From: an uncultured Pirellulales bacterium
GTDB lineage: Bacteria; Planctomycetota; Phycisphaerae; Sedimentisphaerales; Anaerobacaceae
Length of the DNA: 64,000 nucleotides
Assembly: GCA_964494325.1 (NCBI GenBank)
Contig: CAZBTJ010000008.1
Span: forward strand, 2,234 to 66,233
Direction of reading: 5' to 3'
Positions 10,208-19,269 of this stretch are shown here, one piece after another. The translations under genes and the position numbers were made by a program. A model generated the notes under the pieces. The model was not told the origin of the DNA and searched no databases. It saw only the letters and a list, made by a program, of their open reading frames with translations. Numbering within the stretch: the stretch's first letter is position 1; each line of letters opens with the position of its first letter.

Positions 10208-11971
10208 ATGGTAGACAGAAATCTAATTAATCAACTGGGTTTGTCGAATGAAGAAATCGACGAACAAATCAATGAAATGTTCGGGGAATCAGAGCACGAG
10301 CACCTCGAAAACATGCTCCAGTCAAGGGTAGACTCAAAACTACCTGGCACCATCCTCAAGGGCGTGATTGCACAGCTGATCGGCAATGACGTCATTGTAG
10401 AAGTGGGGCTCAAGAGTGAAGGTAAAGTGGATGTGGCTGAGTTTGGCGATCCGTCAGAAATCGTGCCAGGCCGGGAAATAGAAGTCCTGCTTGAAGATAC
10501 TGACTCCGAGGATGGCCTGATTATGCTGAGCAAACGCAAGGCAGACACCATTCGCGGCTGGGAAACCATTATCAACACCAAGAAGGAAGGTGATGTGGTT
10601 GTGGGTAAAGTCATTCGTCGAATCAAGGGCGGTCTGCTCGTGGATATCGGCGTGGCTGTATTCCTGCCTGCCTCACAGGTGGATATTCGCAAACCAGGTG
10701 ACATCAGTCGCTTTATTGGCAAAGACGTGGAATGCAAGATCCTCAAGATCGACGTGGAAAGCCGCAACATCGTGGTCTCCCGTAGAAAACTTGTGGAAGA
10801 AGAACGCAAGAGCAGCAAAGACAAAATCCTCAATGAAATCGAAATCGGCCAATTGCGCAAGGGTGTGGTCAAAAACATCGCAGACTTTGGTGTATTCGTA
10901 GACCTTGGAGGCCTTGACGGTCTGCTCCATATCTCGGACCTCAGTTGGGGTCGCATCTCTCATCCGTCGGAAGTCGTACATCTGGATCAAGAGATCGAAT
11001 GTATTGTCATTGGCGTAGACAAAGACAACGAAAAGATCTCTCTGGGTCTCAAACAAAAGACCTCTTGTCCATGGGACGACGTGGAAAACCGTTACCCCGT
11101 GGGTTCCCGTGTCCAAGGCAAGGTTGTCAATGTGATGAACTATGGCGTGTTTGTGCGTCTGGAAGATGGCATCGAAGGCCTGGTTCACATCAGCGAAATG
11201 AGCTGGACCAAGCGGCTTGCACACCCCAGCGAAATGGTCAACCTGGGCGACGACATCGAAGTCGTGGTGCTCAGCGTCAACAAGGAAAAGCAAGAGATCT
11301 CTCTGGGCCTCAAACAGACAGAGACCAACCCCTGGTCCATTGCAGCCCAGAAATATCCTGCTGGCACCATGGTCAATGCCGTGGTTCGCAGCCTGACCAA
11401 CTTTGGCGCCTTTGTCGAGATCGAACCTGGCATCGACGGTATGATCCACGTATCAGACCTGAGCTGGACACGCAAGTACGGGCATCCGCGTGAAGTCCTG
11501 GACAAAGATCAGGAAATCAAGTGCGTCGTCCTGGAAGTCAACGAAGAAAAACGCCGTGTGTCTCTGGGTGTCAAACAAATGACAGAAGATCCCTGGATTC
11601 ATGCCATCCCTGCGACCTATATACCAGGTCACATCATCAAGGGCAAGATTGCCAAGCTCACCAACTTTGGTGCCTTCGTCGAGCTCGAAAACGAACTCGA
11701 AGGTCTGCTGCACATCTCCGAGCTGGCTGATCACAAGATCGAAAAGCCCCAGGATGTGGTCGAACCTGGCCAGGAAGTGGAAGTCAAGATCCTCAAGGTC
11801 GACACCGAAGCACGAAAAATCGGCTTGAGCCTGCGTCGCGTCCAATGGGCCGCTGAAGATCAAGCGCAGGCAGAACCTGGTGAAATCAAAGAGGTTACGG
11901 ACAAGCCTGAGGAGCATTCAGGTCCCTACACAGAGACCTTCAGGATCCCAATGCCCCCCACAGAAGAATAA
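10208..11971 (+). CDS. rpsA: 30S ribosomal protein S1
   Basis: 587 aa with six S1 (OB-fold) repeats, e.g. GVFVDLGGLDGLLHISDLSW, GVFVRLEDGIEGLVHISEMSW, GAFVEIEPGIDGMIHVSDLSW. Sits in the usual cmk-rpsA neighbourhood. Confidence 0.95.
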   Translation: MVDRNLINQLGLSNEEIDEQINEMFGESEHEHLENMLQSRVDSKLPGTILKGVIAQLIGNDVIVEVGLKSEGKVDVAEFGDPSEIVPGREIEVLLEDTDSEDGLIMLSKRKADTIRGWETIINTKKEGDVVVGKVIRRIKGGLLVDIGVAVFLPASQVDIRKPGDISRFIGKDVECKILKIDVESRNIVVSRRKLVEEERKSSKDKILNEIEIGQLRKGVVKNIADFGVFVDLGGLDGLLHISDLSWGRISHPSEVVHLDQEIECIVIGVDKDNEKISLGLKQKTSCPWDDVENRYPVGSRVQGKVVNVMNYGVFVRLEDGIEGLVHISEMSWTKRLAHPSEMVNLGDDIEVVVLSVNKEKQEISLGLKQTETNPWSIAAQKYPAGTMVNAVVRSLTNFGAFVEIEPGIDGMIHVSDLSWTRKYGHPREVLDKDQEIKCVVLEVNEEKRRVSLGVKQMTEDPWIHAIPATYIPGHIIKGKIAKLTNFGAFVELENELEGLLHISELADHKIEKPQDVVEPGQEVEVKILKVDTEARKIGLSLRRVQWAAEDQAQAEPGEIKEVTDKPEEHSGPYTETFRIPMPPTEE

Positions 11972-12005
11972 GCTCGGTATTTGCTTTCATTTTGAGTGAT
12001 CCCCA

Positions 12006-12047
12006 CCCCTTGTGTTGAACCATTCAACACAAGGGGTTTTCTTTTTT
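12006..12047 (+). terminator. Rho-independent terminator of rpsA
   Basis: Perfect 14-bp stem ccccttgtgttgaa / ttcaacacaagggg (12006-12019 / 12023-12036), followed by ttttctttttt. Confidence 0.85.
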
Positions 12048-12162
12048 AGGGTAGCTCAAATCGCAGTTTTTACTTTATATTCTCCGGTCATTTCTTATGA
12101 TATTCCATACCAGCTTAGAATAATGGAATTTTCAAGGGACAATTCAGTTAGGAGTTTCAACC

Positions 12163-12435
12163 ATGCCAACGGTTAGAGATATCGTTGTCAGCCAACCCAC
12201 CACCGAACAGGAAACCACCTGCCACACGTGGCCCATCTGGCGTCACGACCCGGACAAATTTGAGTGGACCTATACTGACAAAGAAACCTGCCTGGTCCGT
12301 CAAGGCAACGTCACCATCGCAGATCAAACAGGCTCAATCACCTTCCAGGCCGGAGACATGGTCCTATTCCCAAAAGGATTGGTCTGCACCTGGACTATCC
12401 ATGAAACCGTGGTCAAAAACTTCAGTTTTGGCTAG
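12163..12435 (+). CDS. Small cupin-fold protein (DUF861/cupin_3-like)
   Basis: 90 aa. W.IW......F.W.Y...E.C....G.V.I pattern (TWPIWRHDPDKFEWTYTDKETCLVRQGNVTI) typical of cupin_3. AGGAG lies 8 nt upstream of the ATG. Confidence 0.6.
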   Translation: MPTVRDIVVSQPTTEQETTCHTWPIWRHDPDKFEWTYTDKETCLVRQGNVTIADQTGSITFQAGDMVLFPKGLVCTWTIHETVVKNFSFG

Positions 12436-12487
12436 GCGTGTGTGTTCCACAGATCAAACCGACTTTTCTGTTGTTGAAACGGGTTCT

Positions 12488-12603
12488 CAACACCCAATAT
12501 CCAACACGGAACATCCAATGTCCAAGGAAGGAAGTCGCTTCGCTCCGCTTTCTTCCTTCATCCGATGGACATTCCTTGTTGAATATTGGATATTCACTTT
12601 TTT
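12488..12603 (+). terminator. Large imperfect palindrome followed by a T6 run (probable terminator of the cupin gene)
   Basis: Left arm ccaatatccaacacggaacatccaatgtccaaggaaggaag pairs with right arm ctttcttcctt...ggacatt..cttgttgaatattgg. tttttt at 12598-12603. Confidence 0.5.
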
Positions 12604-12786
12604 GCCTGTTTTGTAAACCGCCTATCCTGGAACTCAACCTGTAGGTCCACGTTACATTGTTTTGAACCAGGCCGAAGAACGAGATGCGATTCCCTTGCCG
12701 GGTTCTTTTTCACGTATAGAAATAGGGCGTCAAATCTGGTATCATTCCCTTTTTGATGCGATGTTGATCATTGTGAGGTACACCGA

Positions 12787-14379
12787 ATGGGCACAAAGGC
12801 TGTCACATTATTAGATTATGGCGCAGGCAATGTCCGAAGCGTCATCAATGCCATTAGCAAGCTGGGGTATGCCGTGCGCATGGCCGAGAACGCCGACGAC
12901 ATTCTAAATGCTGACAAACTGGTCTGCCCTGGCGTAGGCGATTTTGGCAGCATGATGACCGCCCTAAATGAGAAGGGCTATACTGAGCCTCTGAAAGAAT
13001 ACCTCAGGCAAAACAGGCCGTATCTCGGCATCTGTCTGGGCCTGCAAGTTTTGTTTGAGAGCAGCGAGGAAGCGCCAGGTATCGCAGGCCTGGGTATCAT
13101 CCCTGGTACAGTCAAGCGATTCCAGACCGATCTGTCTGTACCCCACATTGGCTGGAATGGGCTCTGTGCCAGACAATCTTCCAGATTACTCAATGGCTTA
13201 ACAGGCCTTGAGAAATTCTACTTTGTCCACTCATTCCATGTCGCACCAGAGGAAAAGAGCGTCGTCTTAACCACCACAGACTATGCCTATCAATTTGTGA
13301 GCAGTATCCAGTACGGCAATATTGTGGCCACTCAATTTCACCCTGAAAAAAGCGGGCAACTCGGTCTGCAACTCTTTGGCAACTTCATTGAGACTGAGAC
13401 AGAACCCACAAACACGATGCCTTTAAACGGCCCCACAACACGGCTGGCCAAACGTATCATTGCCTGCCTGGACGTCAGGTCCAACGATGCAGGCGATTTG
13501 GTCGTGACCAAGGGCGATCAGTATGACGTACGTGAAGAAGGCGAAGTGCGAAATCTTGGTATGCCGGTGGATCTGGCGGGTCGTTATTACCACGAGGGTG
13601 CAGACGAAATCACCTTTCTCAATATCACGGGCTTCAGGGACTTTCCCCTGGAAGACATGCCCATGATCGAGGTGCTCAAAAAAACATCTGAGAACGTCTT
13701 TGTACCGCTGACCATCGGCGGTGGTATCCGAGCCTTTACGGACAAGGACGGGCACCACTACACAGCCCTTGACGTCGCACACGAATATTTCAGGTCAGGT
13801 GCAGACAAAATCTCTATTGGTAGTGATGCCGTCACCATTGTAGAAGCGTATCTGGCCAGTGGCAAAATGACTGGCACCAGTTCGATAGAACAGATCTCGC
13901 GAAAATACGGCAACCAGGCCGTGGTGATCTCGGTGGACCCACAACGCCGGTACGTGGCCGATCCAGATGACAAAAAGCACCCTATCATAGAGACTGCCAC
14001 ACCGGGTCCCAATGGCGAACGATACTGCTGGTATCAGTGCACCATCAGGGGCGGCAGAGAAGGCCGAGACCTCGACGCCGTGACCTTTGTGAAGGCCTGC
14101 GAAGCACTGGGTGCCGGTGAAATTCTGCTCAACTGCATAGACAAAGACGGCACAAACTCCGGCTTTGATCTCGAACTGATAAATGCTGTAAGAGACGCAG
14201 TCACCATCCCGGTCATTGCCTCCAGCGGCGCCGGTTGTGTCGAACACTTCTCCGAGGTTTTTGATAAAACCGACGTAGAGGCCGGGCTCGCCGCAGGTAT
14301 CTTCCACAGGCAGGAAGTCCCAATCAGTGCCGTCAAGCAGCATCTAAAAGACACCAGCATCGAAATCCGCCAGGCCTAG
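12787..14379 (+). CDS. hisHF: Imidazole glycerol phosphate synthase, fused glutaminase (HisH) and cyclase (HisF) domains
   Basis: HisH part: LLDYGAGNVRSVINAI, CPGVGDFG, GICLGLQVLFE (Cys nucleophile), QFHPEKSG. HisF part: RIIACLDVR, PLTIGGGIR, ILLNCIDKDGTNSGFDLELI, PVIASSGAG. One uninterrupted 530-aa ORF. Confidence 0.9.
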   Translation: MGTKAVTLLDYGAGNVRSVINAISKLGYAVRMAENADDILNADKLVCPGVGDFGSMMTALNEKGYTEPLKEYLRQNRPYLGICLGLQVLFESSEEAPGIAGLGIIPGTVKRFQTDLSVPHIGWNGLCARQSSRLLNGLTGLEKFYFVHSFHVAPEEKSVVLTTTDYAYQFVSSIQYGNIVATQFHPEKSGQLGLQLFGNFIETETEPTNTMPLNGPTTRLAKRIIACLDVRSNDAGDLVVTKGDQYDVREEGEVRNLGMPVDLAGRYYHEGADEITFLNITGFRDFPLEDMPMIEVLKKTSENVFVPLTIGGGIRAFTDKDGHHYTALDVAHEYFRSGADKISIGSDAVTIVEAYLASGKMTGTSSIEQISRKYGNQAVVISVDPQRRYVADPDDKKHPIIETATPGPNGERYCWYQCTIRGGREGRDLDAVTFVKACEALGAGEILLNCIDKDGTNSGFDLELINAVRDAVTIPVIASSGAGCVEHFSEVFDKTDVEAGLAAGIFHRQEVPISAVKQHLKDTSIEIRQA

Positions 14380-14414
14380 AGCCGAATGGCACTTAAGGCC
14401 TCCTCCCGTCTCAA

Positions 14415-14524
14415 CCTTGTCGCAAGCCTTGTCGCGAGCCTTGTCGAAAGCTTTGTCGCGAGCTTTGTCGCGAGCCTTGTCGAAACAACGACAAAGGAAC
14501 CTATCGACAAAGCTCGCGACAAAG
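14415..14524. repeat. Six tandem 12-bp repeats (CYTTGTCGMRAG) followed by three inverted copies, including a perfect 20-bp inverted repeat
   Basis: Units start at 14415, 14427, 14439, 14451, 14463 and 14475. ctttgtcgcgagctttgtcg (14451-14470) is the exact reverse complement of cgacaaagctcgcgacaaag (14505-14524). Confidence 0.9.
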
Positions 14525-14643
14525 AAAAGGCCCCCTGCCCCCTGGTCTCTAACTTTTTACATACATTTTACACCCCAACACAGATCTCATGCGTATTATT
14601 AATAGTGATATAACTTGAAGATCATTATTGAAAGGAAAGACCC

Positions 14644-15831
14644 ATGAGACACATGACTGTTGTTTTTTCTATGGCCTGTCTGATACTCTCACCTCTGTGT
14701 TTCGCACAGGAGCACCCCATCGTAACCCCGGTCAGGGCTACGCGCGTCAACAAGCCCGTGATCTGTCCCCCGAAGCCCCTGGTGCAGATGGCCATACTCT
14801 TGGACACCAGTGGCAGCATGTCCGGCCTGATTGACCAGGCTCGGGGCGAGCTGTGGTCCATTGTCAATGAGTTTATCTCGTCGCAGAGAGATGGTGTGAC
14901 ACCGGAGATTCACGTGGCCCTGTTTGAATATGGCAAAAGCAGCCTGCCTCAAGCCTCAGGCTACATTCGATCCATCGTACCATTCACCACGGACCTGGAC
15001 ACCCTCTCTGAAGAGCTGTTCGCCCTGCACACCAATGGCGGTGATGAATATTGTGGATGGGTCATCAAGGAGGCTGTCGAAGGACTGAAGTGGAGTGACA
15101 ATTCAAGGGATCTTAAAGTCATCTTCATTGCAGGCAACGAACCCTTCACACAGGGCCCAGTGGATTACAAGATCAGTAATAAAGCCGCCATAAAAAAAGG
15201 CATTATCGTCAACACGATCCACTGCGGGTCTGAGGCAGCGGGACTTGAGGGCCAGTGGAAGCAGGGTGCATTAATCGCAGATGGCCAATATCTCAACATT
15301 AATCAAAACCAGAAGATTGTCTACATCCCGGCCCCGCAGGATGATCAGATCGCCCTGCTCAGTCAACAATTGAACAGCACCTACATCCCCTTCGAACGCC
15401 AAGGCACCGAACGTCAGACTGCACAGGCCGCTCAGGACCACAATGCCAAGCGACTCTCCGTAACCTCCTCACTCCAGCGGGCCGTGGCCAAGGCTTCTTC
15501 CAACTACTCAAACAGCCATTGGGACCTGGTGGACGCCATCAAGCGGAAAGGCCTTGATCCCAATACCCTGAAACCGAATGACTTGCCTGAAGTCATGAAG
15601 ACCATGAGCCCCAAACAGCGATTTGTCTACATTGATCAAAAGGCCAGAAAGCGAGCCAACATTCAAGTGCAGATTAAGAAACTCAATGAGCAACGAAATG
15701 CTTATGTCGCTCAGGTCAAGAAGAGCCAACCCTCTCAAAAGACACTCGGATCTGCCATCACCCTGGCCATTCGAGACCAAGCCATCAAAAGCGGCCTGAC
15801 CTTCGTTGATCCGAAGACCAAGACAAAGTGA
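14644..15831 (+). CDS. Secreted von Willebrand factor type A (vWA) domain protein
   Basis: Signal-peptide-like N-terminus MRHMTVVFSMACLILSPLCFAQE. MIDAS motif ILLDTSGSMSG. C-terminal Lys/Gln-rich helical region. Confidence 0.75.
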   Translation: MRHMTVVFSMACLILSPLCFAQEHPIVTPVRATRVNKPVICPPKPLVQMAILLDTSGSMSGLIDQARGELWSIVNEFISSQRDGVTPEIHVALFEYGKSSLPQASGYIRSIVPFTTDLDTLSEELFALHTNGGDEYCGWVIKEAVEGLKWSDNSRDLKVIFIAGNEPFTQGPVDYKISNKAAIKKGIIVNTIHCGSEAAGLEGQWKQGALIADGQYLNINQNQKIVYIPAPQDDQIALLSQQLNSTYIPFERQGTERQTAQAAQDHNAKRLSVTSSLQRAVAKASSNYSNSHWDLVDAIKRKGLDPNTLKPNDLPEVMKTMSPKQRFVYIDQKARKRANIQVQIKKLNEQRNAYVAQVKKSQPSQKTLGSAITLAIRDQAIKSGLTFVDPKTKTK

Positions 15832-15984
15832 CAATGAAAGTAAATGGCTCCAGACAGACATGTGACTGCTAACAGGTCTGCAGTCAGCGTGATAACAACC
15901 AGAACAAAAAAGTCTCAGTCTCCAACATGGGCATACTGAGGCTTTTGATTTTTTGCATGGATTATCTAATCGTACTTATTTACT

Positions 15985-16074
15985 GAAGTTTTGCAAACTT
16001 CAAGTTTTTAGTTTTTAGTAGGCAGTATACAGCGTAAAAAACGTGTTTTACTAAAAACTGAAAACCAAAAACTG
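15985..16074. terminator. Two hairpins between convergent genes (vWA gene and RND pump); probable bidirectional terminator
   Basis: gaagttt-tgc-aaacttc (15985-16001). agtttttagta (16010-16020) pairs with tactaaaaact (16049-16059), with extended imperfect pairing of the flanking T/A-rich words. Confidence 0.55.
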
Positions 16075-16104
16075 TACACCACAGGGCTTTTTGCAAAAGT
16101 CCTG

Positions 16105-19100
16105 TTATTTAATCACCTCTGTAGCCAAGGCAGTGTCAGGCTCCGAACGCCCATATGCCTCAACCATCACTCGACTCCAAAAAGTCGTAAAATCATCGAT
16201 CATGAGGTACAAACAGGGTACGAGAATCAGCGTAATCGTGGTGGCAAACAAAATACCAAAACCCAGCGAGATAGCCATGGGAATTAAAAAGCGTGCCTGC
16301 ATGGACGTCTCAAAAATCATAGGCGCCAAACCGCCAAAGGTCGTAAACGTGGTCAGGATAATAGGCCTGAAACGACGGATGCCTGCCTGATGGATCGCAT
16401 CAAAGGCCGTGTATCCCTGGTTTCTATGCAAGCGATTGGCATAGTCAATCAATACAAGTGAGTCGTTGACCACCACACCGGACAAAGCCACAATCCCCAT
16501 CATACTCATAAGACTCAGGGAGTAGCCCATGAGCACATGGCCCAAAACAGCCCCTACAACACCAAATGGAATGGCCACCATCACGATGACAGGCTGGATG
16601 TAACTCTTGAATGGAATGGCCAACATGGCATAGATGGCGAACATGGCCATACCAAAGCCTTTAAACAGCCCTCCCATGCTCTCACGCATATCCGCCTGCT
16701 GACCTTCCCAGTCATATGACAGTCCAGGATATGCTTCGCCCAATTGAGGCAACACGTCCTGCTTGAGTGTCCCAAGGACCTGATTGGTTTCTCTGGCAGG
16801 TTCCACATTGGCAGTGACGGTCACCGTGCGCTGACCTTTGCGGCGAGAGATGGTGGTATAGGCCCTGCCTCGTTCCACAGAGGCCACCTCCATCAATGCC
16901 ACATCGCGTCCCTTGGGTGTACGGATCAAAAGTTGCTCAATGTTGTACTCACTGTCACGCTGCGATTCGGGGAGCTTGACAAACACGCGCACTTCATTGC
17001 GTCCTCGCTGCTGACGCAGGGCCTCTGCCCCATAAAATGAACTTCTCACCTGGCGAGCCACATCCCAGGCGGTCAACCCCAGGCTCAGCCCCTTGGGCTT
17101 CATGGTAAAATTGAGCTGTTGTTTGCCGGGCGTGTACCCATCGTCAATGTCCATAACATTCGAAAAGTCACTCAACTTGGCGGCGAGGATTTCACTCGTC
17201 TTGTCCAGCACGGCAATATCCCGGTGGCTCAATTCGATGGTCAATCCGGCACCAGACCCCGGACCCCCTCGGTCGGCTTCAAACTTAAGGGATTCCAGTC
17301 CTTCAAGCAGTCCCACGTGATCACGCCATTTATTGATCAGCTGCATGGTCCCCAGAGTTCGCACTTCAGGGTCAGTCAAATAAATACTGACCTCCACCTT
17401 ATGCTCATTGATGCTGGTGAAGATCCCTTTGCATAGCTCATCGCCCCCATTATCGCCGACCACTTCTTCGGCCTTCTTAACCAATATGTGACTGAGCGTT
17501 TCAGCCCTGTCCATGGGACTGCCATAGGGCAGTGTCGCCGTGACAACGGCCACATCAGATTCCACACGCGGCATCATCACAATACCAATGCGACCGCTGG
17601 CCACAAAGCTCACGATCACAATCAATATGGCAAACCCGATGGCCACACTAATCTGGCGATATTTGATGCATTGATCCAAAAATGGGCCAAACCGGGTCTC
17701 AACGAAGCGAATAAACCGTTGACTAAATGCCTGCTGTTTGTTGTGCAGATACTGAGCCATGGGATTTCTGCGATTTTTGGGCACATGGGACAGATGGGCC
17801 GGTAAAATGAACAGGGCCTCAATCCATGAAATGCCAAAGACCGTGATCACCACGAGGGGAATCACAATAAAGAACTTGCCCATAATCCCAGGGACAAAAC
17901 AGAGCGGCAAGAAGGCCACCATGTTGGTCAGAATGCTAAATGTCACGGGCAAGGCCACATCTTTGGCACCCTGGATGGCCGCGTCCAGCAGGCTCATGCC
18001 CCGGTTGCGATATTCATAGATATTTTCCCCCACCACAATGGCATCATCCACCACAATCCCGAGGGCAATGATGAAGGCAAACATGGAAATCATATTGATC
18101 GTAACACCCATGCCAGACAAAAATAAGAAGCCGCCCAGAAAGGACGTGGGAATCCCCATGGTGACCCAGAACGCCAGCCTGAATTCCAGGAAGAGCCCCA
18201 GCAGACACAGCACCAAAATCAGCCCCAGAAAGGCGTTGCGTAACAGCAATTCCAAACGCTGGCGATAAATATCCGACATATCGCGTCCCACGGTCCACCC
18301 CACCCCAGGCGGCAGGCGTTCTTCAATCTGTGCCATGGCCTTAAGAGCGGCGTCTGATACACCGATGGGCGTCTGACTGCCCACACGAAATATATTAATA
18401 CCAATCGCACGCTTCCCATTATAAAACGCCACCTTGTCTGTGTCCTGAAACCCTTCGGTCACCTCAGCAATGTCACTGAGATACACAGTACCGCCTCCAA
18501 CTGTGGTAATGATGGGCAGACGCGAAAATTCCTTGGCCCAGTCGCGACGTTCCTTGACACGCAAGAGAATGTCCCCACCTTTTGCCTCGATATACCCCCC
18601 GGGCAATTCAATGGCCGATCTTCGAATGGTATTGGCCACGCCCTGACAGGTCAGATTGTACCGTCTCAGCGTTTCCTGGTTGATCTGGACATGGATCTCG
18701 TAGGTGCGGGCACCGCGAAGTTCGACCTGCGTAATATCCGGATACTGCAGGAGACCGTCACGCACCTGCTCAGCCAGTTCCCGCAAGACCCACTCAGACG
18801 CATCACCATACAACTGAATATCCATCACTTCCCGGCGATGCATAATCATACTAACTTCAGGACGTTCTGCATCTTCCGGGAATGTGACAATACGGTCCAC
18901 CTGTTGCTTAATGTCCTGATACACCTTCTGCTCATTGATACCTTCCAGCAGCTCTATGGTCACAATGCCAATACCTTCGTTGGCAGATGCCTGGATTTCC
19001 TTGATACCATCCAAACCACGCACCGCTTCTTCGAGCACCAGAACAATGCCCTGTTCCACCTCCTCCGGACTGGAGCCTGGATACGGAACCTTAATGACGA

Positions 19101-19266
19101 CCATATCCAGATCAAACTCGGGAAACACCTCTTGCTTGATCGACTTGGCAAACAGAAACCCACCCACAATAAAAATAATCATCAGCAGGTTTGGTGTCAC
19201 GCCATTCCGTGTCATCCAGGCGATCATCCCCTTCGACCCCGTTTTGTGATCTTCATTCAATGTCAT
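16105..19266 (-). CDS. RND efflux transporter permease (AcrB/HAE family)
   Basis: 1053 aa, 12-TM RND architecture. N-terminus WMTRNGVTPNLLMIIFIVGGF...QEVFPEFDLDMVVIKVPYPGSSPEEVEQGI. Follows the MFP and OMF genes in one operon. Confidence 0.9.
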   Translation of the reverse strand: MTLNEDHKTGSKGMIAWMTRNGVTPNLLMIIFIVGGFLFAKSIKQEVFPEFDLDMVVIKVPYPGSSPEEVEQGIVLVLEEAVRGLDGIKEIQASANEGIGIVTIELLEGINEQKVYQDIKQQVDRIVTFPEDAERPEVSMIMHRREVMDIQLYGDASEWVLRELAEQVRDGLLQYPDITQVELRGARTYEIHVQINQETLRRYNLTCQGVANTIRRSAIELPGGYIEAKGGDILLRVKERRDWAKEFSRLPIITTVGGGTVYLSDIAEVTEGFQDTDKVAFYNGKRAIGINIFRVGSQTPIGVSDAALKAMAQIEERLPPGVGWTVGRDMSDIYRQRLELLLRNAFLGLILVLCLLGLFLEFRLAFWVTMGIPTSFLGGFLFLSGMGVTINMISMFAFIIALGIVVDDAIVVGENIYEYRNRGMSLLDAAIQGAKDVALPVTFSILTNMVAFLPLCFVPGIMGKFFIVIPLVVITVFGISWIEALFILPAHLSHVPKNRRNPMAQYLHNKQQAFSQRFIRFVETRFGPFLDQCIKYRQISVAIGFAILIVIVSFVASGRIGIVMMPRVESDVAVVTATLPYGSPMDRAETLSHILVKKAEEVVGDNGGDELCKGIFTSINEHKVEVSIYLTDPEVRTLGTMQLINKWRDHVGLLEGLESLKFEADRGGPGSGAGLTIELSHRDIAVLDKTSEILAAKLSDFSNVMDIDDGYTPGKQQLNFTMKPKGLSLGLTAWDVARQVRSSFYGAEALRQQRGRNEVRVFVKLPESQRDSEYNIEQLLIRTPKGRDVALMEVASVERGRAYTTISRRKGQRTVTVTANVEPARETNQVLGTLKQDVLPQLGEAYPGLSYDWEGQQADMRESMGGLFKGFGMAMFAIYAMLAIPFKSYIQPVIVMVAIPFGVVGAVLGHVLMGYSLSLMSMMGIVALSGVVVNDSLVLIDYANRLHRNQGYTAFDAIHQAGIRRFRPIILTTFTTFGGLAPMIFETSMQARFLIPMAISLGFGILFATTITLILVPCLYLMIDDFTTFWSRVMVEAYGRSEPDTALATEVIK

Positions 19267-19269
19267 ATC

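Noticed and set aside
14415-14524. Possible CRISPR array
   Set aside because: The repeats are 12 bp and directly abutting with no spacers. No cas genes are present in the window.
14386-14613. 75-aa ORF with repetitive VASLVASLVESFVASFVASLVE sequence
   Set aside because: The ORF is a translation artefact of the 12-bp DNA tandem repeat. It has no RBS and no homology-like features.
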